From an uncultured Acidobacteriota bacterium (GTDB lineage: Bacteria > Acidobacteriota > UBA6911), in assembly GCA_963809485.1 (NCBI GenBank), contig CAWEJX010000004.1, forward strand, positions 128,001 through 192,000: 64,000 bases of DNA, given 5' to 3'. The translations under genes were made by a program, and so were the position numbers. Positions 50,752 to 60,770 of this stretch are shown here, one piece after another; positions within the stretch are counted from its first letter, which is position 1; each line of letters starts with the position of its first letter. A model generated the notes under the pieces. That model saw nothing but the letters and a program-made list of their open reading frames with translations, was not told where the DNA came from and did not search any database.

Positions 50752-51112
50752 AAGATTTGAACCGCTCAAAGCGTCTAAGAAGTTACGCCGGTCTTGAACG
50801 CTGACTACGCGGGCAAAAGCCGATGAGGCGCTTCCGATCCCCGCAGGGGCCAGCGCTCCGCGCTGGACAGTTTTCTGCGGCGGCACTGTGGCAAGCGCCG
50901 TGCGGCAGGGAGATGAAGGGTATGAGAAACCGGACGTTTGCCACAGTGCCGCCGCAGAAAACTCCATCGGAAGCGCCTCATCGGCTTTTGCTCGCCGACC
51001 CTCGCCGAACAAATCGGCGTGTGTCAGCGCTTTATCAGCGATTCTCAGCGTTTCAAAATACGGAGCTGTCAAACTCTTTGAGTCCCCGGCAGAGCGGGGG
51101 TTTACCAATGTA
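50721..51112 (-). mobile_element. IS200/IS605-ended palindromic element, copy E (long form)
   Basis: Near-identical to 6901-7298, including both nested 26-bp inverted repeats. Confidence 0.78.
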
Positions 51113-51132
51113 ATCAAAGTCTTTCCTGTGCT

Positions 51133-52137
51133 ATGATCCGCAACAAAACAAGACTCTTCAAGCCGTTAAATCTCAAAGAAAGGGTTCCCCCGGTGCTCGG
51201 CATAGCCTGCGTCCTGATCGGAATTTTGCTTGCAGCGTCTGCCGCTCCCTGCGAATCACGCGCGCCAATCCCTGAAGAACCTTCCGTCGAATCGATCATG
51301 GCCAGGGTAGCCCGGAATCAGGACGAGGCACAGAAAATGCGGCAGGCTTATGTTTACAGTCAATCGTTGCTTCTGCGTTTCCGTCAAAGCAACGGGAAAG
51401 TGGTTCGGGAAGAGACACGCGAATATGCGGTAATGCCCACGGATACGGGAACAACAAAGGAACTGACCCGGTTCGCCGGCATCTATGAAAAGGACGGCCG
51501 CATGATCCCCTATTCCCAGCCGGGCTTCATCTATAAGGACACCGATATTGATGGCGAACTGATCAACGGCCTTGCGGATGACCTGGCAAATGACCGTAAT
51601 TCACGCGACGGGATCGCTGCGGATCTCTTTCCGTTGACTACGGAGGAGCAGCGCAAGTACCTCTTCAAGCTTGAAGAGACCGAAGAGCGCCGGGGACAGC
51701 TTGTCCACCGGATCACATTTAGGCCCGCGAATAAGCAGTGGGACGAAGCCGATGGAACCCCTTGGGCGGGTGAGATCCTCGTCGATGCAGCAGAATGCCA
51801 GCCTGTCCTCGTCACCACACGGCTGGCACAAGGCATTCCGATGCCCGTGCGTACCCTCCTGGGCACTAATCTCAAGGGGTTGGGATTCAGGCTTTCCTAC
51901 CAGAAATTCGAGGACGGTGTCTGGTTTCCCGTCGACTACGGGGCTGAGTTCGAGGTTAAAGTCCTCTTTGTCTACAAGAGGAGAATCGCCATTGCTCTTA
52001 CCAACAGCGCATTTAAGAGAGCACTTGTGGCTACAAACGTGACCTTCGAAACTCCCTCAAAGTTTAGCCCTCCTGCTGAAGAATCCGAAACCAGGTCGGT
52101 ACCGGAAGGTCCTCAGCAATCTCCGGACCAGCGATAA
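51133..52137 (+). CDS. Secreted hypothetical protein (beta-rich, LolA/MucB-like pattern)
   Basis: N-terminal hydrophobic leader; 'HRITFRP', 'WAGEILVD', 'DGVWFPV'. Confidence 0.6.
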   Translation: MIRNKTRLFKPLNLKERVPPVLGIACVLIGILLAASAAPCESRAPIPEEPSVESIMARVARNQDEAQKMRQAYVYSQSLLLRFRQSNGKVVREETREYAVMPTDTGTTKELTRFAGIYEKDGRMIPYSQPGFIYKDTDIDGELINGLADDLANDRNSRDGIAADLFPLTTEEQRKYLFKLEETEERRGQLVHRITFRPANKQWDEADGTPWAGEILVDAAECQPVLVTTRLAQGIPMPVRTLLGTNLKGLGFRLSYQKFEDGVWFPVDYGAEFEVKVLFVYKRRIAIALTNSAFKRALVATNVTFETPSKFSPPAEESETRSVPEGPQQSPDQR

Positions 52138-52153
52138 TTCGCCTTCCAGCCGG

Positions 52154-54256
52154 CTATTTCAGGTTTTTCCGGAGGAAAGTGTAAGCCAGGGCATTCATGT
52201 GCGCCGTCTGCTCGTTGTTTGCTGAGCCGCTGTGACCCCCCTCGATGTTTTCGTAGTAGCGGGCGTCATAGCCGAGATCCTTCATCTTGGCCATCATCTT
52301 GCGCGCATGGCCGGGGTGAACCCGGTCATCGCGGGTGGAGGTGGTGAAGAGCACAGGCGGGTACTTTTCGCCCGCCTTCACATTCTGATAGGCTGAGAAC
52401 GTCCGGATGAAATCCCAATCTCCAGGCTTATCGGGATCCCCGTACTCGTCCATCCAGGAAGCACCCGCCAGCAGGTGTGAATACCTCTTCATATCCAGCA
52501 GCGGTGACTGGCAAACAACCGCGCCGAAAAGCTGCGGATAGAGCGTGACCATATTTCCCATTAGAAGGCCGCCGTTGCTGCCGCCTAATGCTCCCAGATG
52601 CCTTGGCACAGTCACCTTCCGGGCAAAAAGATCCTCTGCAACTGCGGCAAAATCCTCGTAGGCACGAAGGCGCTTCTCCCTCAGGGCGGCCTGATGCCAC
52701 CGGGGACCATACTCGCCGCCGCCCCGGATGTTAGCCACTGCATATACGCCTCCCTGGGTAAGCCAGGCCCGGCCGACTCCGGCGTTGTAGCTCGGGGTGA
52801 GGGCAATCTCGAAACCGCCATAGCCATAGAGCAAAGTGGGATTTGTGCCGTCCAACTTGAGTTCCCTCCGGGAAACCTGAAAGTATGGAATCCGCGTGCC
52901 GTCCTTGCTGGTCGCGAAGTGCTGACTGACCTCCAATCCTTGGGCATCGAAGAAAGCCGGTAACTTCTTCAGCTTCTCCGGGGTTTTTCCAATGATTCCA
53001 TAGAGCAGGGTGGTGGGCGTCAGGTAACCGCTGGTGGTCATAAAGAAAGCATCGCTCTCCTCCGAATCGACAGCGTTGGCGGATATGGTGGCGAAGCCCG
53101 GCGCGCCGCTCAGGGGCCCATGCTTCCAGTCTCCCTTTCCCGGTGTGAGTACCGTAAGCGTGTTCTTTACGTCCTCGAGCGTGTTTAAGATCAAGTGATG
53201 GCGGGTCCCGCTGACTCCCGCAAGAGAAGTTCGCGAAGTCGGCTCAAAGAGCACCGTGAACTCGCGCTCGCCTTTAGTGAATCCCTCAAAGCGGGCTGCG
53301 AGGAGCGATCCTGCGGTATAGGTCTTGCCGCCCACGGACCAGGGGCTGCGCAGTTCAATAAGGAACCATTCCCGATAGGGCGTGGCCTGAGCATCCTCGG
53401 GAATTTCCATTTTCTTGAGCTCTCCGTCCCTGGTCCTATAGAACAACTCCATCGTGTAGAACGTCGGCCTCCGGGAGATGAAGTGACGCTCGAAGCCCCG
53501 GGTGTCGTCAACGAATGCGCTCACCGACATGTCCGTGACCTTGCCTTCGAACACTACTGAGGCGGAAGACAAAAGAGTGCCGCGCTTCCAGAGCTTGACA
53601 ATACGCGGATATCCCGAGGTTGTCATGGATCCCGGACCAAAGTCCGTCTCGACGTAGACATGATCCTTATCGATCCAGGAAATTCCGCCTTTGGCCTCCG
53701 GGAGCTCGAAACCGCCCTTAACGAATGTGCGCGTTTTCAGGTCAAACTCGCGCGTCACACTGGCATCGGCTCCGCCCCGGGATAGATTTATCAATACGTG
53801 CTGGTAGCCGCCGACTTTGAGGATCTGTGCCCCCTGCCATACCCAGTTTTCTTTCTCGGCCGCCCCCAGGGCATCCAGATCGAGGAGAACATCCCACTTT
53901 GGGATTGCCTTCCGATATTCCTCCAGCGTGGTTCGACGCCAAAGGCCCCGAGGATTCTTCGCGTCGCGCCAGAAATTGTAATAGTAAGGACCATGCTTGC
54001 TGACAGAGGGTATGCGTTCATTTGAGTCCAGGATCTTCAGCAGGTCAGCCTTCAGTGCCGCGAAATCCGCGGTCTCGGCCAACTCCCTTCCGCTTTCCGC
54101 ATTGCGGGCTCTAACCCACTCCAGGGCTATATCGCCAGTGATCTCCTCAAGCCAGAGGTAAGGATCCTCCGGTGCAGAGAACGCCTTGCTCATCTGCCCA
54201 CAAATCGGCCAGGCCACCGCCAAAACAAGCGCCAGGATGCCGCATAGAAACCTCAT
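52154..54256 (-). CDS. Prolyl oligopeptidase (S9A), exported
   Basis: 'DPYLWLE', 'YGYGGF', 'NIRGGGEYG', GGSNGG, 'DDRVHP', 'GGH'. Confidence 0.95.
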   Translation of the reverse strand: MRFLCGILALVLAVAWPICGQMSKAFSAPEDPYLWLEEITGDIALEWVRARNAESGRELAETADFAALKADLLKILDSNERIPSVSKHGPYYYNFWRDAKNPRGLWRRTTLEEYRKAIPKWDVLLDLDALGAAEKENWVWQGAQILKVGGYQHVLINLSRGGADASVTREFDLKTRTFVKGGFELPEAKGGISWIDKDHVYVETDFGPGSMTTSGYPRIVKLWKRGTLLSSASVVFEGKVTDMSVSAFVDDTRGFERHFISRRPTFYTMELFYRTRDGELKKMEIPEDAQATPYREWFLIELRSPWSVGGKTYTAGSLLAARFEGFTKGEREFTVLFEPTSRTSLAGVSGTRHHLILNTLEDVKNTLTVLTPGKGDWKHGPLSGAPGFATISANAVDSEESDAFFMTTSGYLTPTTLLYGIIGKTPEKLKKLPAFFDAQGLEVSQHFATSKDGTRIPYFQVSRRELKLDGTNPTLLYGYGGFEIALTPSYNAGVGRAWLTQGGVYAVANIRGGGEYGPRWHQAALREKRLRAYEDFAAVAEDLFARKVTVPRHLGALGGSNGGLLMGNMVTLYPQLFGAVVCQSPLLDMKRYSHLLAGASWMDEYGDPDKPGDWDFIRTFSAYQNVKAGEKYPPVLFTTSTRDDRVHPGHARKMMAKMKDLGYDARYYENIEGGHSGSANNEQTAHMNALAYTFLRKNLK

Positions 54257-54328
54257 GGATATCCTCCCATAACATCCGGAATTTAGCGATAAAAGCGATA
54301 TCGATATGCCGCAGAGCAGCGGCACTTC

Positions 54329-54757
54329 CTAAATTCCCTTCTTCGATACCGTAATTGCGCCTACCTGGGTAAACAACGCCCGTGTGTCGGCGACATCCCA
54401 ATGCTCACAAAGCTTTCCGTCCCGGAGACGGAACATATCCACGACATCATATTTCACCTTGTTGCCCGTAGGTGGAAGGTCGAGAAAGCCTTTGCCGGTA
54501 TGGGTGCCCGTGATCGTGTTGTAAACGAAAACAAGATCGCCGTCGGCAACTATCTGGTTGATGGTCGCACATTGGTCCGGAATCGCGGCGAAAAAGCCCA
54601 CGTGAAATTCGATGAAGCCTGCCTTGCCCTGGTTGGCGTCGGGATTGTGCTGGATATAGTCGTCGTGCATATACCGCCCCACCGCATCCAGGTCGTGCTT
54701 TTGAAAAACCACTTCATAGAATTCCCGGACAACTTTTTTATTGTTTTCGGCACTCAT
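54329..54757 (-). CDS. SnoaL-like / ester cyclase (NTF2 fold)
   Basis: 'NKKVVREFY', 'YIQHNP', 'GTHTG..LPPTGNKV', 'EHWDV'. Confidence 0.88.
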   Translation of the reverse strand: MSAENNKKVVREFYEVVFQKHDLDAVGRYMHDDYIQHNPDANQGKAGFIEFHVGFFAAIPDQCATINQIVADGDLVFVYNTITGTHTGKGFLDLPPTGNKVKYDVVDMFRLRDGKLCEHWDVADTRALFTQVGAITVSKKGI

Positions 54758-54954
54758 ATCGGTTCCTTCTTCAAGAGAGCCTGTTTTTGTTGTGTAACCC
54801 ACAATACCCCGAAGCGCCCCATCGACCGTTGTACACTGATTTTATAGTAATTGTCGGCGTTCATCGGCGCCTTTATCAGCGTACGTCGGCGTTATTGAGG
54901 ATCCCCTTTTCGCTGGCTGCCTCATCGCGGCTTGAAAATCCACCGGGCCGATCC

Positions 54955-56719
54955 CTAGGGGGATTTGGTCGAAGCCGATGCCTGGTACACTATTTCCCCA
55001 TTAATCATGGCCAGCTTAACCTGCGTCTGGTGTATTTGAGTGACTGGAATCCTGAACGGATTGCGGTCCAGCACCAGCAAATCGGCGAGCATGCCTTTCT
55101 CGATGCTGCCGGTTCGGCTGCGGTTGCCCATATGGCGTGCCGCGTTCACCGTAAACAAATCGAAAGCTTGCTGCAATGGGATTTTCTCCGCCTCGCCCAG
55201 AGCCTCACCACCGCCGCCCGGCTTCTGACGCGTAATCAGGGTTTCTATTGCAATCCATGGATTGACGGACGGCACTACATTCCAATCGGACCCAGCTACA
55301 ACCAGCGCGCCTGAGTCGATCGCTTCCTTAACCGGGGTCCACCGCTTCATGCGCTCTGCACCGACCGCTTTGGCTATATCGGGAATGATCGGGTTCGGGT
55401 ACCAGATGTAGGGAGACATCTCGAAAGTGGCCTGGATATTCCGGGCGCGGCCAAAATCGCTCAATTGCACGAAACTGTTGTGCCCGACGCTATGCAGGTT
55501 TCCGCTGAAGCCATTTGCTTTGCGCGCCGCCTCGATGGCGTCCAACCCTGCTCGCACCGCAGCGTCGCCCGCCGTGTGTATTTTCACTGTGAGCCCTCGC
55601 GCATCGAAACCAGTGACTGCTGCATTGAGCAGCTCGGGCTTTACCATCAGCAGCCCCTGTGCTCGGGCGTCATCCGAACCCGATGCGTCGGCATACGGTT
55701 CCACCATCGCCGCTGTGTGGCTGTCTGTTGGTACGCCATCGAGGATAATTTTGACGCAGTCCGGCTTGAAGCGGTCCCGTTCGTACAGATTCCGAAGATC
55801 TAAGGCATCGTTCGGCGAACCCTGATAGGAACCGGAATCGGCGGGGCTCCATAGGATGCATCCCCTGACCCGCTGCTTTAATACGCCTTGATCGGCGAGC
55901 CCCGCATAGGCTTTCAAGCTGTTTTCGTCGACAACCGCATCTGTGAAGGACGTAATCCCATAGGACAACATTTCCGACAGAGCCCAACTCAAGGCCCTGG
56001 TGCTCTCCTCGCCGGTGTAAGGAGGAACGGAGCTTCGCACGAGTCCGGCGGCAGACTCGCGCAGCACTCCGGTAGGTTCTCCTTTCTCGTCCCGTTCGAT
56101 GATCCCCCCGGGCGGATTCGGAGTCGTTGCGGTAATACCGGCAAGCTGCAGCGCTTTCGAGTTTGCCCATATGCTGTGTCCACTGATATCGGATAGCACC
56201 ACGGGATTATCAGGCGCCACTCTGTCCAGCAAAGATCGATGCAAACCCTCTTTGCCAAACGAAGCCGCATCCCATTGCCCGCCGCTAATCCATTCTCCCC
56301 GGGCGTGCTTGATAACGCAGCTCCTGACCGTATCAAGAATTTTCTGCGGCAGGGAACCTTGCGGGAAATTGCAGGCCAGCTGCTGCAATCCCCCGCTCAT
56401 AGGGTGCACATGCATGTCGTGCAGCCCCGGCACTACTGTGTCGCCGTGCAGATTTATGATCCGGGTCTGCGGCCCACGAAATTGCCGGACCGATTCATCA
56501 TTTCCCACGGCAATGATGACGCCCTTGCGCACAGCGAGCGCCTGCATCCAACCGCCAGGTGTGTAGATCTGGCCATTGCCGAGAATCAGATCCGCCGCCT
56601 CCCCGGTGGAGGCGCTTGCAGTCGCCGGACTGTTTCCGGGTTTGTGCCGGCATCGCAATCGTTCCTCCGGTCCACAGAACGATTGCCGTAATCGCGGCGA
56701 TATACCGGAAGCCATTCAT
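54955..56719 (-). CDS. Amidohydrolase-3 (YtcJ-like), exported, frameshifted after the signal peptide (~56635)
   Basis: GGAGG RBS and 'MNGFRYIAAITAIVLW...' at 56719 lie in a different frame from 'ADLILGNGQIYT', 'PGLHDMHVH', 'HTAGD', 'GSDW'. Confidence 0.88.
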
Positions 56720-56785
56720 CGAGAACCTCCTTTGACAAAAGCAGCAATGTTTATGGAAACGGCAAACGAATCCGGCCATTGAAAT

Positions 56786-58507
56786 TCACAATATTATGCC
56801 CGGTCTGCATTCGCGGTCTCTGGAATTCAATGCATTGCGGTTCTGGCTTTTAGTCAGTTCAGTCTTTGCCATTTGGCCGTAAAGCTGTGCCTTTGCGTAA
56901 TATGTCATAGCATCGGCCCACAAGGCCATCTGCTTCTTCGCATCGGCCGAAAGACCCGCGAACGAGGATCTGTCCATGCCCTGAGCATAGGCCGCCATCG
57001 CCTGGTCGAGCTTGTCTTCAATACTCGCTGCAATTGCCGGCGTGAGGTAACCGGCCTTGGCATTCATGTCGTGTTCGAAGGAATCGCAGGCGTCCCAGTA
57101 CAGATCCAGTGCATCCTTATCCGCCTGCTTCACAACCGCTTTGGGATCGGTCGCCAGTTTGATTTTGACATATTCGCCGGTCGCGTAGGCCGGGATCCCC
57201 CGGCCGCTCGGGGTGCCCGTCTGCAGATAGGCAGTGAGATCCGCAGGGAAAAAGATCGCCTGGCTGACTGAAGTGTGGCTGTTGGAAATTTCCTGAACTC
57301 CGGGTTTATTGCGGTTCCACGCAGCCTTCCCCGAATCGTACCAGTCGCATGAGGCAAACAGGTTTTTGCCAAACGCAAAATTGACAGTGGCAGTGGGCGC
57401 TTCTTTCAGAAACTGGAAAAGTGTGTCATAGCGGGCATAGGTGCCGATTTCCGCCAGCCATTTCGGATTAAAAGCCTCAAGCGACTTGCCAACCAGGTGG
57501 TTTGTCTGGACCACAAATGGACCGGGTTCACCTCTTTCGCCGGGGTGGCTCAAGTGGAAGTGATCGGCGGTGCCTTCAAATACGGAGATATTCCCCGAAG
57601 AATCCGTCAGTGTGAAACCGCCGGTAACTCCGGCCTTGGGCGTAGATTTAAGATATTCGAGAGCCTCAGCAGGCGATGCGGTCAGTTGAGCCAGGTAATG
57701 GAAGTAAACCTCCGGCGCAACGCCCCAGACGGGATTATCGGACATGATGGCTGTCATGGTCCAGGCCAGGCCCTTGCTGTTCATTGCATAGTTCGAATTG
57801 ACTCTTCCCGCGTAGGTTTGACCCACAAAACTGGCTCCCCGGGCAGGAAATGCCAGAAGTATTACGTTGTTCATCGCTTCGGTCTCGGCCATGGAGGTTA
57901 TCCCGTGGATCGGCTTTCCGTCCGGCGTCATGGCCCCTGCTGCAGCGAAGGTATTGCAGGAATGAAAGCCGCTTCCTGATATGGCTGGGAGAGCAGCTTT
58001 GGGCGTTGAGATGCGGGTCTCAGCCGGATAAGGCGCTTTGGGTCTTGACCAGAGCTCCGTCGGATAAATCATGAGCATAATCAGGTCGAGGTAGCTCATC
58101 TCGTATCCCTTATTCCTGCATCCCTCCACAATACCGTGAAGCCATTCCCTGTAGACCGGGTTATGCCGGGTTAGGTAGTAGTCCCAGACCCGCATATCGC
58201 TCTCTGTTGTTTCCCGTCCCAGGCTGTCATAGAGGCGGCTCTTGAATATTGCGACATTATGCACGATTGCTGCGGCTGCCTGTTCGCCGTACTGAATGCC
58301 CATCTCGCGGTCGGTTCCGGAGACTGTCACAACCTGAGGGAACCCAGTGGACAGATAGGGTTGGGACGGGACCGCTGCGGCCCTTTCAGGACTCGATATT
58401 GCGCGGCTCTTTTGCGCGCTGCTCGAAAAACCGGTCATCCAAAACACGATTACACAAACAACAAGAACTACCCCCGATCTGTGCCAAATACGATGATTTG
58501 TGTGCAT
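56786..58507 (-). CDS. Exported C45-family (Ntn-hydrolase) peptidase/acyltransferase-like protein
   Basis: Signal peptide; 'GTDREMGIQYG'; autoprocessing-like 'S-CNTFAA'; 'MNSKGL', 'QTNH'. Confidence 0.75.
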   Translation of the reverse strand: MHTNHRIWHRSGVVLVVCVIVFWMTGFSSSAQKSRAISSPERAAAVPSQPYLSTGFPQVVTVSGTDREMGIQYGEQAAAAIVHNVAIFKSRLYDSLGRETTESDMRVWDYYLTRHNPVYREWLHGIVEGCRNKGYEMSYLDLIMLMIYPTELWSRPKAPYPAETRISTPKAALPAISGSGFHSCNTFAAAGAMTPDGKPIHGITSMAETEAMNNVILLAFPARGASFVGQTYAGRVNSNYAMNSKGLAWTMTAIMSDNPVWGVAPEVYFHYLAQLTASPAEALEYLKSTPKAGVTGGFTLTDSSGNISVFEGTADHFHLSHPGERGEPGPFVVQTNHLVGKSLEAFNPKWLAEIGTYARYDTLFQFLKEAPTATVNFAFGKNLFASCDWYDSGKAAWNRNKPGVQEISNSHTSVSQAIFFPADLTAYLQTGTPSGRGIPAYATGEYVKIKLATDPKAVVKQADKDALDLYWDACDSFEHDMNAKAGYLTPAIAASIEDKLDQAMAAYAQGMDRSSFAGLSADAKKQMALWADAMTYYAKAQLYGQMAKTELTKSQNRNALNSRDRECRPGIIL

Positions 58508-58778
58508 TGCCGCCTTCCTCCCTTCCGGCCTGGATTTCCGACGATTATGGCACCTTTGCCAGGTTATTTCATTCCCGGAGACATATTCTTCTCACCCGCA
58601 GGGCTGTTGCCGGGATACCAGGAGCCTTGGAGTCATTGAGGCTCAATGGACCCGGCTCCAAGGCCCAATAATTTCGTGCCCAATGAGTTCTATTTTCGCT
58701 TGCGGTATGCAATGAAATGCCCTATATGTCAATTTAAATGCCCATAATTTATTTAGGTTCCCAATTGCGGAGGAAGAA

Positions 58779-60536
58779 ATGAAGAACAAGATACTGATTG
58801 GCAGTTCTCTGATCGTGCTTATTGCCTTGATTTGCATTGCGATAGCGCCGTCCGCGACAGGTCAGGCCGGCGCGGATAAGGAGTGCGAGGAACTGCTGTT
58901 AAATGTCCTGAATCCGTCGATTTCGACCAGGATGGTGGCGAGGGTTCCGCTCGCCCCCCGTGCCGACACCCTGGAAGGGAAAACCATCTATATGGTCGAC
59001 CTGCAATGGGGCGGGCCCGAAGCCGCGTACAGCGTTTTTGAGGAGATGCAGGGCTGGTTCGCCCGAAACATGCCTTCGGTTAAGACCGAGGTTCGAAGGT
59101 CCAAAGGAGGCTGGATGGGCGGCGATGATCCCGAACTCCGGAAGGAGATAATTGGAAAGAAGGCTGCCGGCGTTATCGTCGGGATCGGTGGCTGACATGG
59201 CTGCGTATCGGCCGTGAGCCGATTCGCCAGAAGACTTGAAGAAGAATCCAAAATACCCACCGTTGGCGCCTCCGGCATCAACGTTGTGAAATTCAAGGAT
59301 TACGAGCTTAAATACTCCAACGGCATGCCCATCCGTTATGTCGCGTTCCCTTTTCCCGTCGCGGGCCAGCCGAAATCCGTACACAAGGCCTATGTCGAAG
59401 GGAAAGATCTCCTGGGCGGGAAACCAATGATGCAGGCGATCATTGAAGCGCTTACAAAACCTCTTACCGATGAGGAAAAGAAAAGCGGAATTCCTCCGGA
59501 AGGGGCCCCGCAGCCGAGGCTGCTGAAGCCCGATACCGAGGCCAACCTGCAGCGTCTGTTCAAAGAAAAAGAGTGGACGGACTTTAATCCCATCATCCTG
59601 CCCACAGAGGAAAGAGTCGCCGCGATGCTCAAGGCGACCAGCCACAAGCCCAACGAGGCGGTGAGCAAAATGGGTTCGCGGGAATTGACCGTGGAAAAGG
59701 CGGCTGCTATTGCCGTCATGGCCGGCGCAAAACCCGAATATTTCCCGACCCTTCTCGCAGTTCTTACCCAGGCGGGGTCTTTCGGCAACTCCACAAGTTC
59801 CATGGCAAGCATGATCGTCGTGAACGGGCCGATCCGAAAGCAATTGGGAATGAATTCGGGAACCGGAGTGATGAGTCCCTATAGCGAGCCCAACTCGGTC
59901 ATAGGCAGGGCCTTCGCGCTGGCGGGCAAGATCATGGGGGACTTGCGTCTCAAGGAAACCGTCTATACGTCGATTGGCAACAATCTTCAATACAATAACG
60001 TGTGTATCGCGGAGAACGAGGAAGAGCTACCCCAGGGATGGGAGCCTCTCAGTGTGGAACTGGGCTACAAGCGGACGGACAATGTCGTCAGCATAGGCAC
60101 CGGATGGAGCTACATATCGAGTGTGGGTGAGGCCCAGCTGAACCATCCGCCCCATATGATGTTCCGGGACTACATGAGATCCCTCGCCGGAATGGGGGCT
60201 ACGATCATCATGGATCCGACCGTAGCCGGCCTGCTCAGGGACGCGCACGGCTTCAAGACAAAGGCCGAACTGAGTGAATGGCTGTCGAAGAATGTGGAAG
60301 TAGCCGCCGCCACCTATTGGGGGAACGGCGTCAACGCTACTGCAAGCTCGCCTATGGCGTTCCAGGGGCTGGAACCTTTCGCCACATGGAAAAAAGTCCC
60401 TCCTGAAACACTGATCAAGCCGTTCACGAATGCCAAAGCCATCCAGTTTGTGGTCGCAGGCGGAAAGATCCAGACCACCTGGTTTGCAACGGATTTCAGA
60501 CTCGGCCGGGGGATTTTGATCGACAGCTGGAAATAG
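58779..60536 (+). CDS. Exported UGSC-type selenoprotein 3 (585 aa, Sec139 in U-H-G-C)
   Basis: ORFs 58779..59195 and 59214..60536 are in frame across TGA 59193-59195: 'GIGG-U-HGCVSAVSRFARRLEEESKIPTV'. Signal peptide; paralog of the two genes at 29-33 kb. Confidence 0.88.
59203..59227 (+). promoter_or_regulatory. Bacterial SECIS-like hairpin 3
   Basis: ATCGGC-CGTGA-GCCGAT starting 11 nt after the UGA, extended by GCG/CGC across a T-T mismatch. Confidence 0.78.
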
Positions 60537-60642
60537 CCAACCAGGCAGAGACTGTGCCCTTGGTATCCAGAGCAACAAAATCATCCTCCCCCGGGGAACG
60601 GGGCATTTTCCCCATCCTGATGCAAATGGGGGAAACAATTCC

Positions 60643-60713
60643 CTCACGCGGAGGCGCGGGGGGCGCGGAGTTAGGGAATGATTCTATCCGCGCCCCCCGC
60701 GCCTCCGCGTGAG
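60643..60713. repeat. Perfect 27-bp GC-rich inverted repeat
   Basis: CTCACGCGGAGGCGCGGGGGGCGCGGA (60643-60669) and its exact reverse complement (60687-60713). Confidence 0.9.
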
Positions 60714-60770
60714 TTCTTTTTAGGCTTCTGTTGTTCTGCAACGATATATCTGCAGCTTTTGGGAGTATAT

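Noticed and set aside
6901-51112. Dispersed repeats as a CRISPR array or integron attC sites
   Set aside because: No regular repeat-spacer periodicity, no cas or intI genes, mixed orientations, and ends that fit IS200/IS605 hairpins.
29743-59195. Genome-wide UGA reassignment (genetic code 4 or 25) as the explanation for the in-frame TGAs
   Set aside because: TGA is clearly used as a stop in ATGA-coupled junctions (5548, 10583, 12898). The in-frame cases occur only in one family, at a UxxC position with a downstream hairpin.
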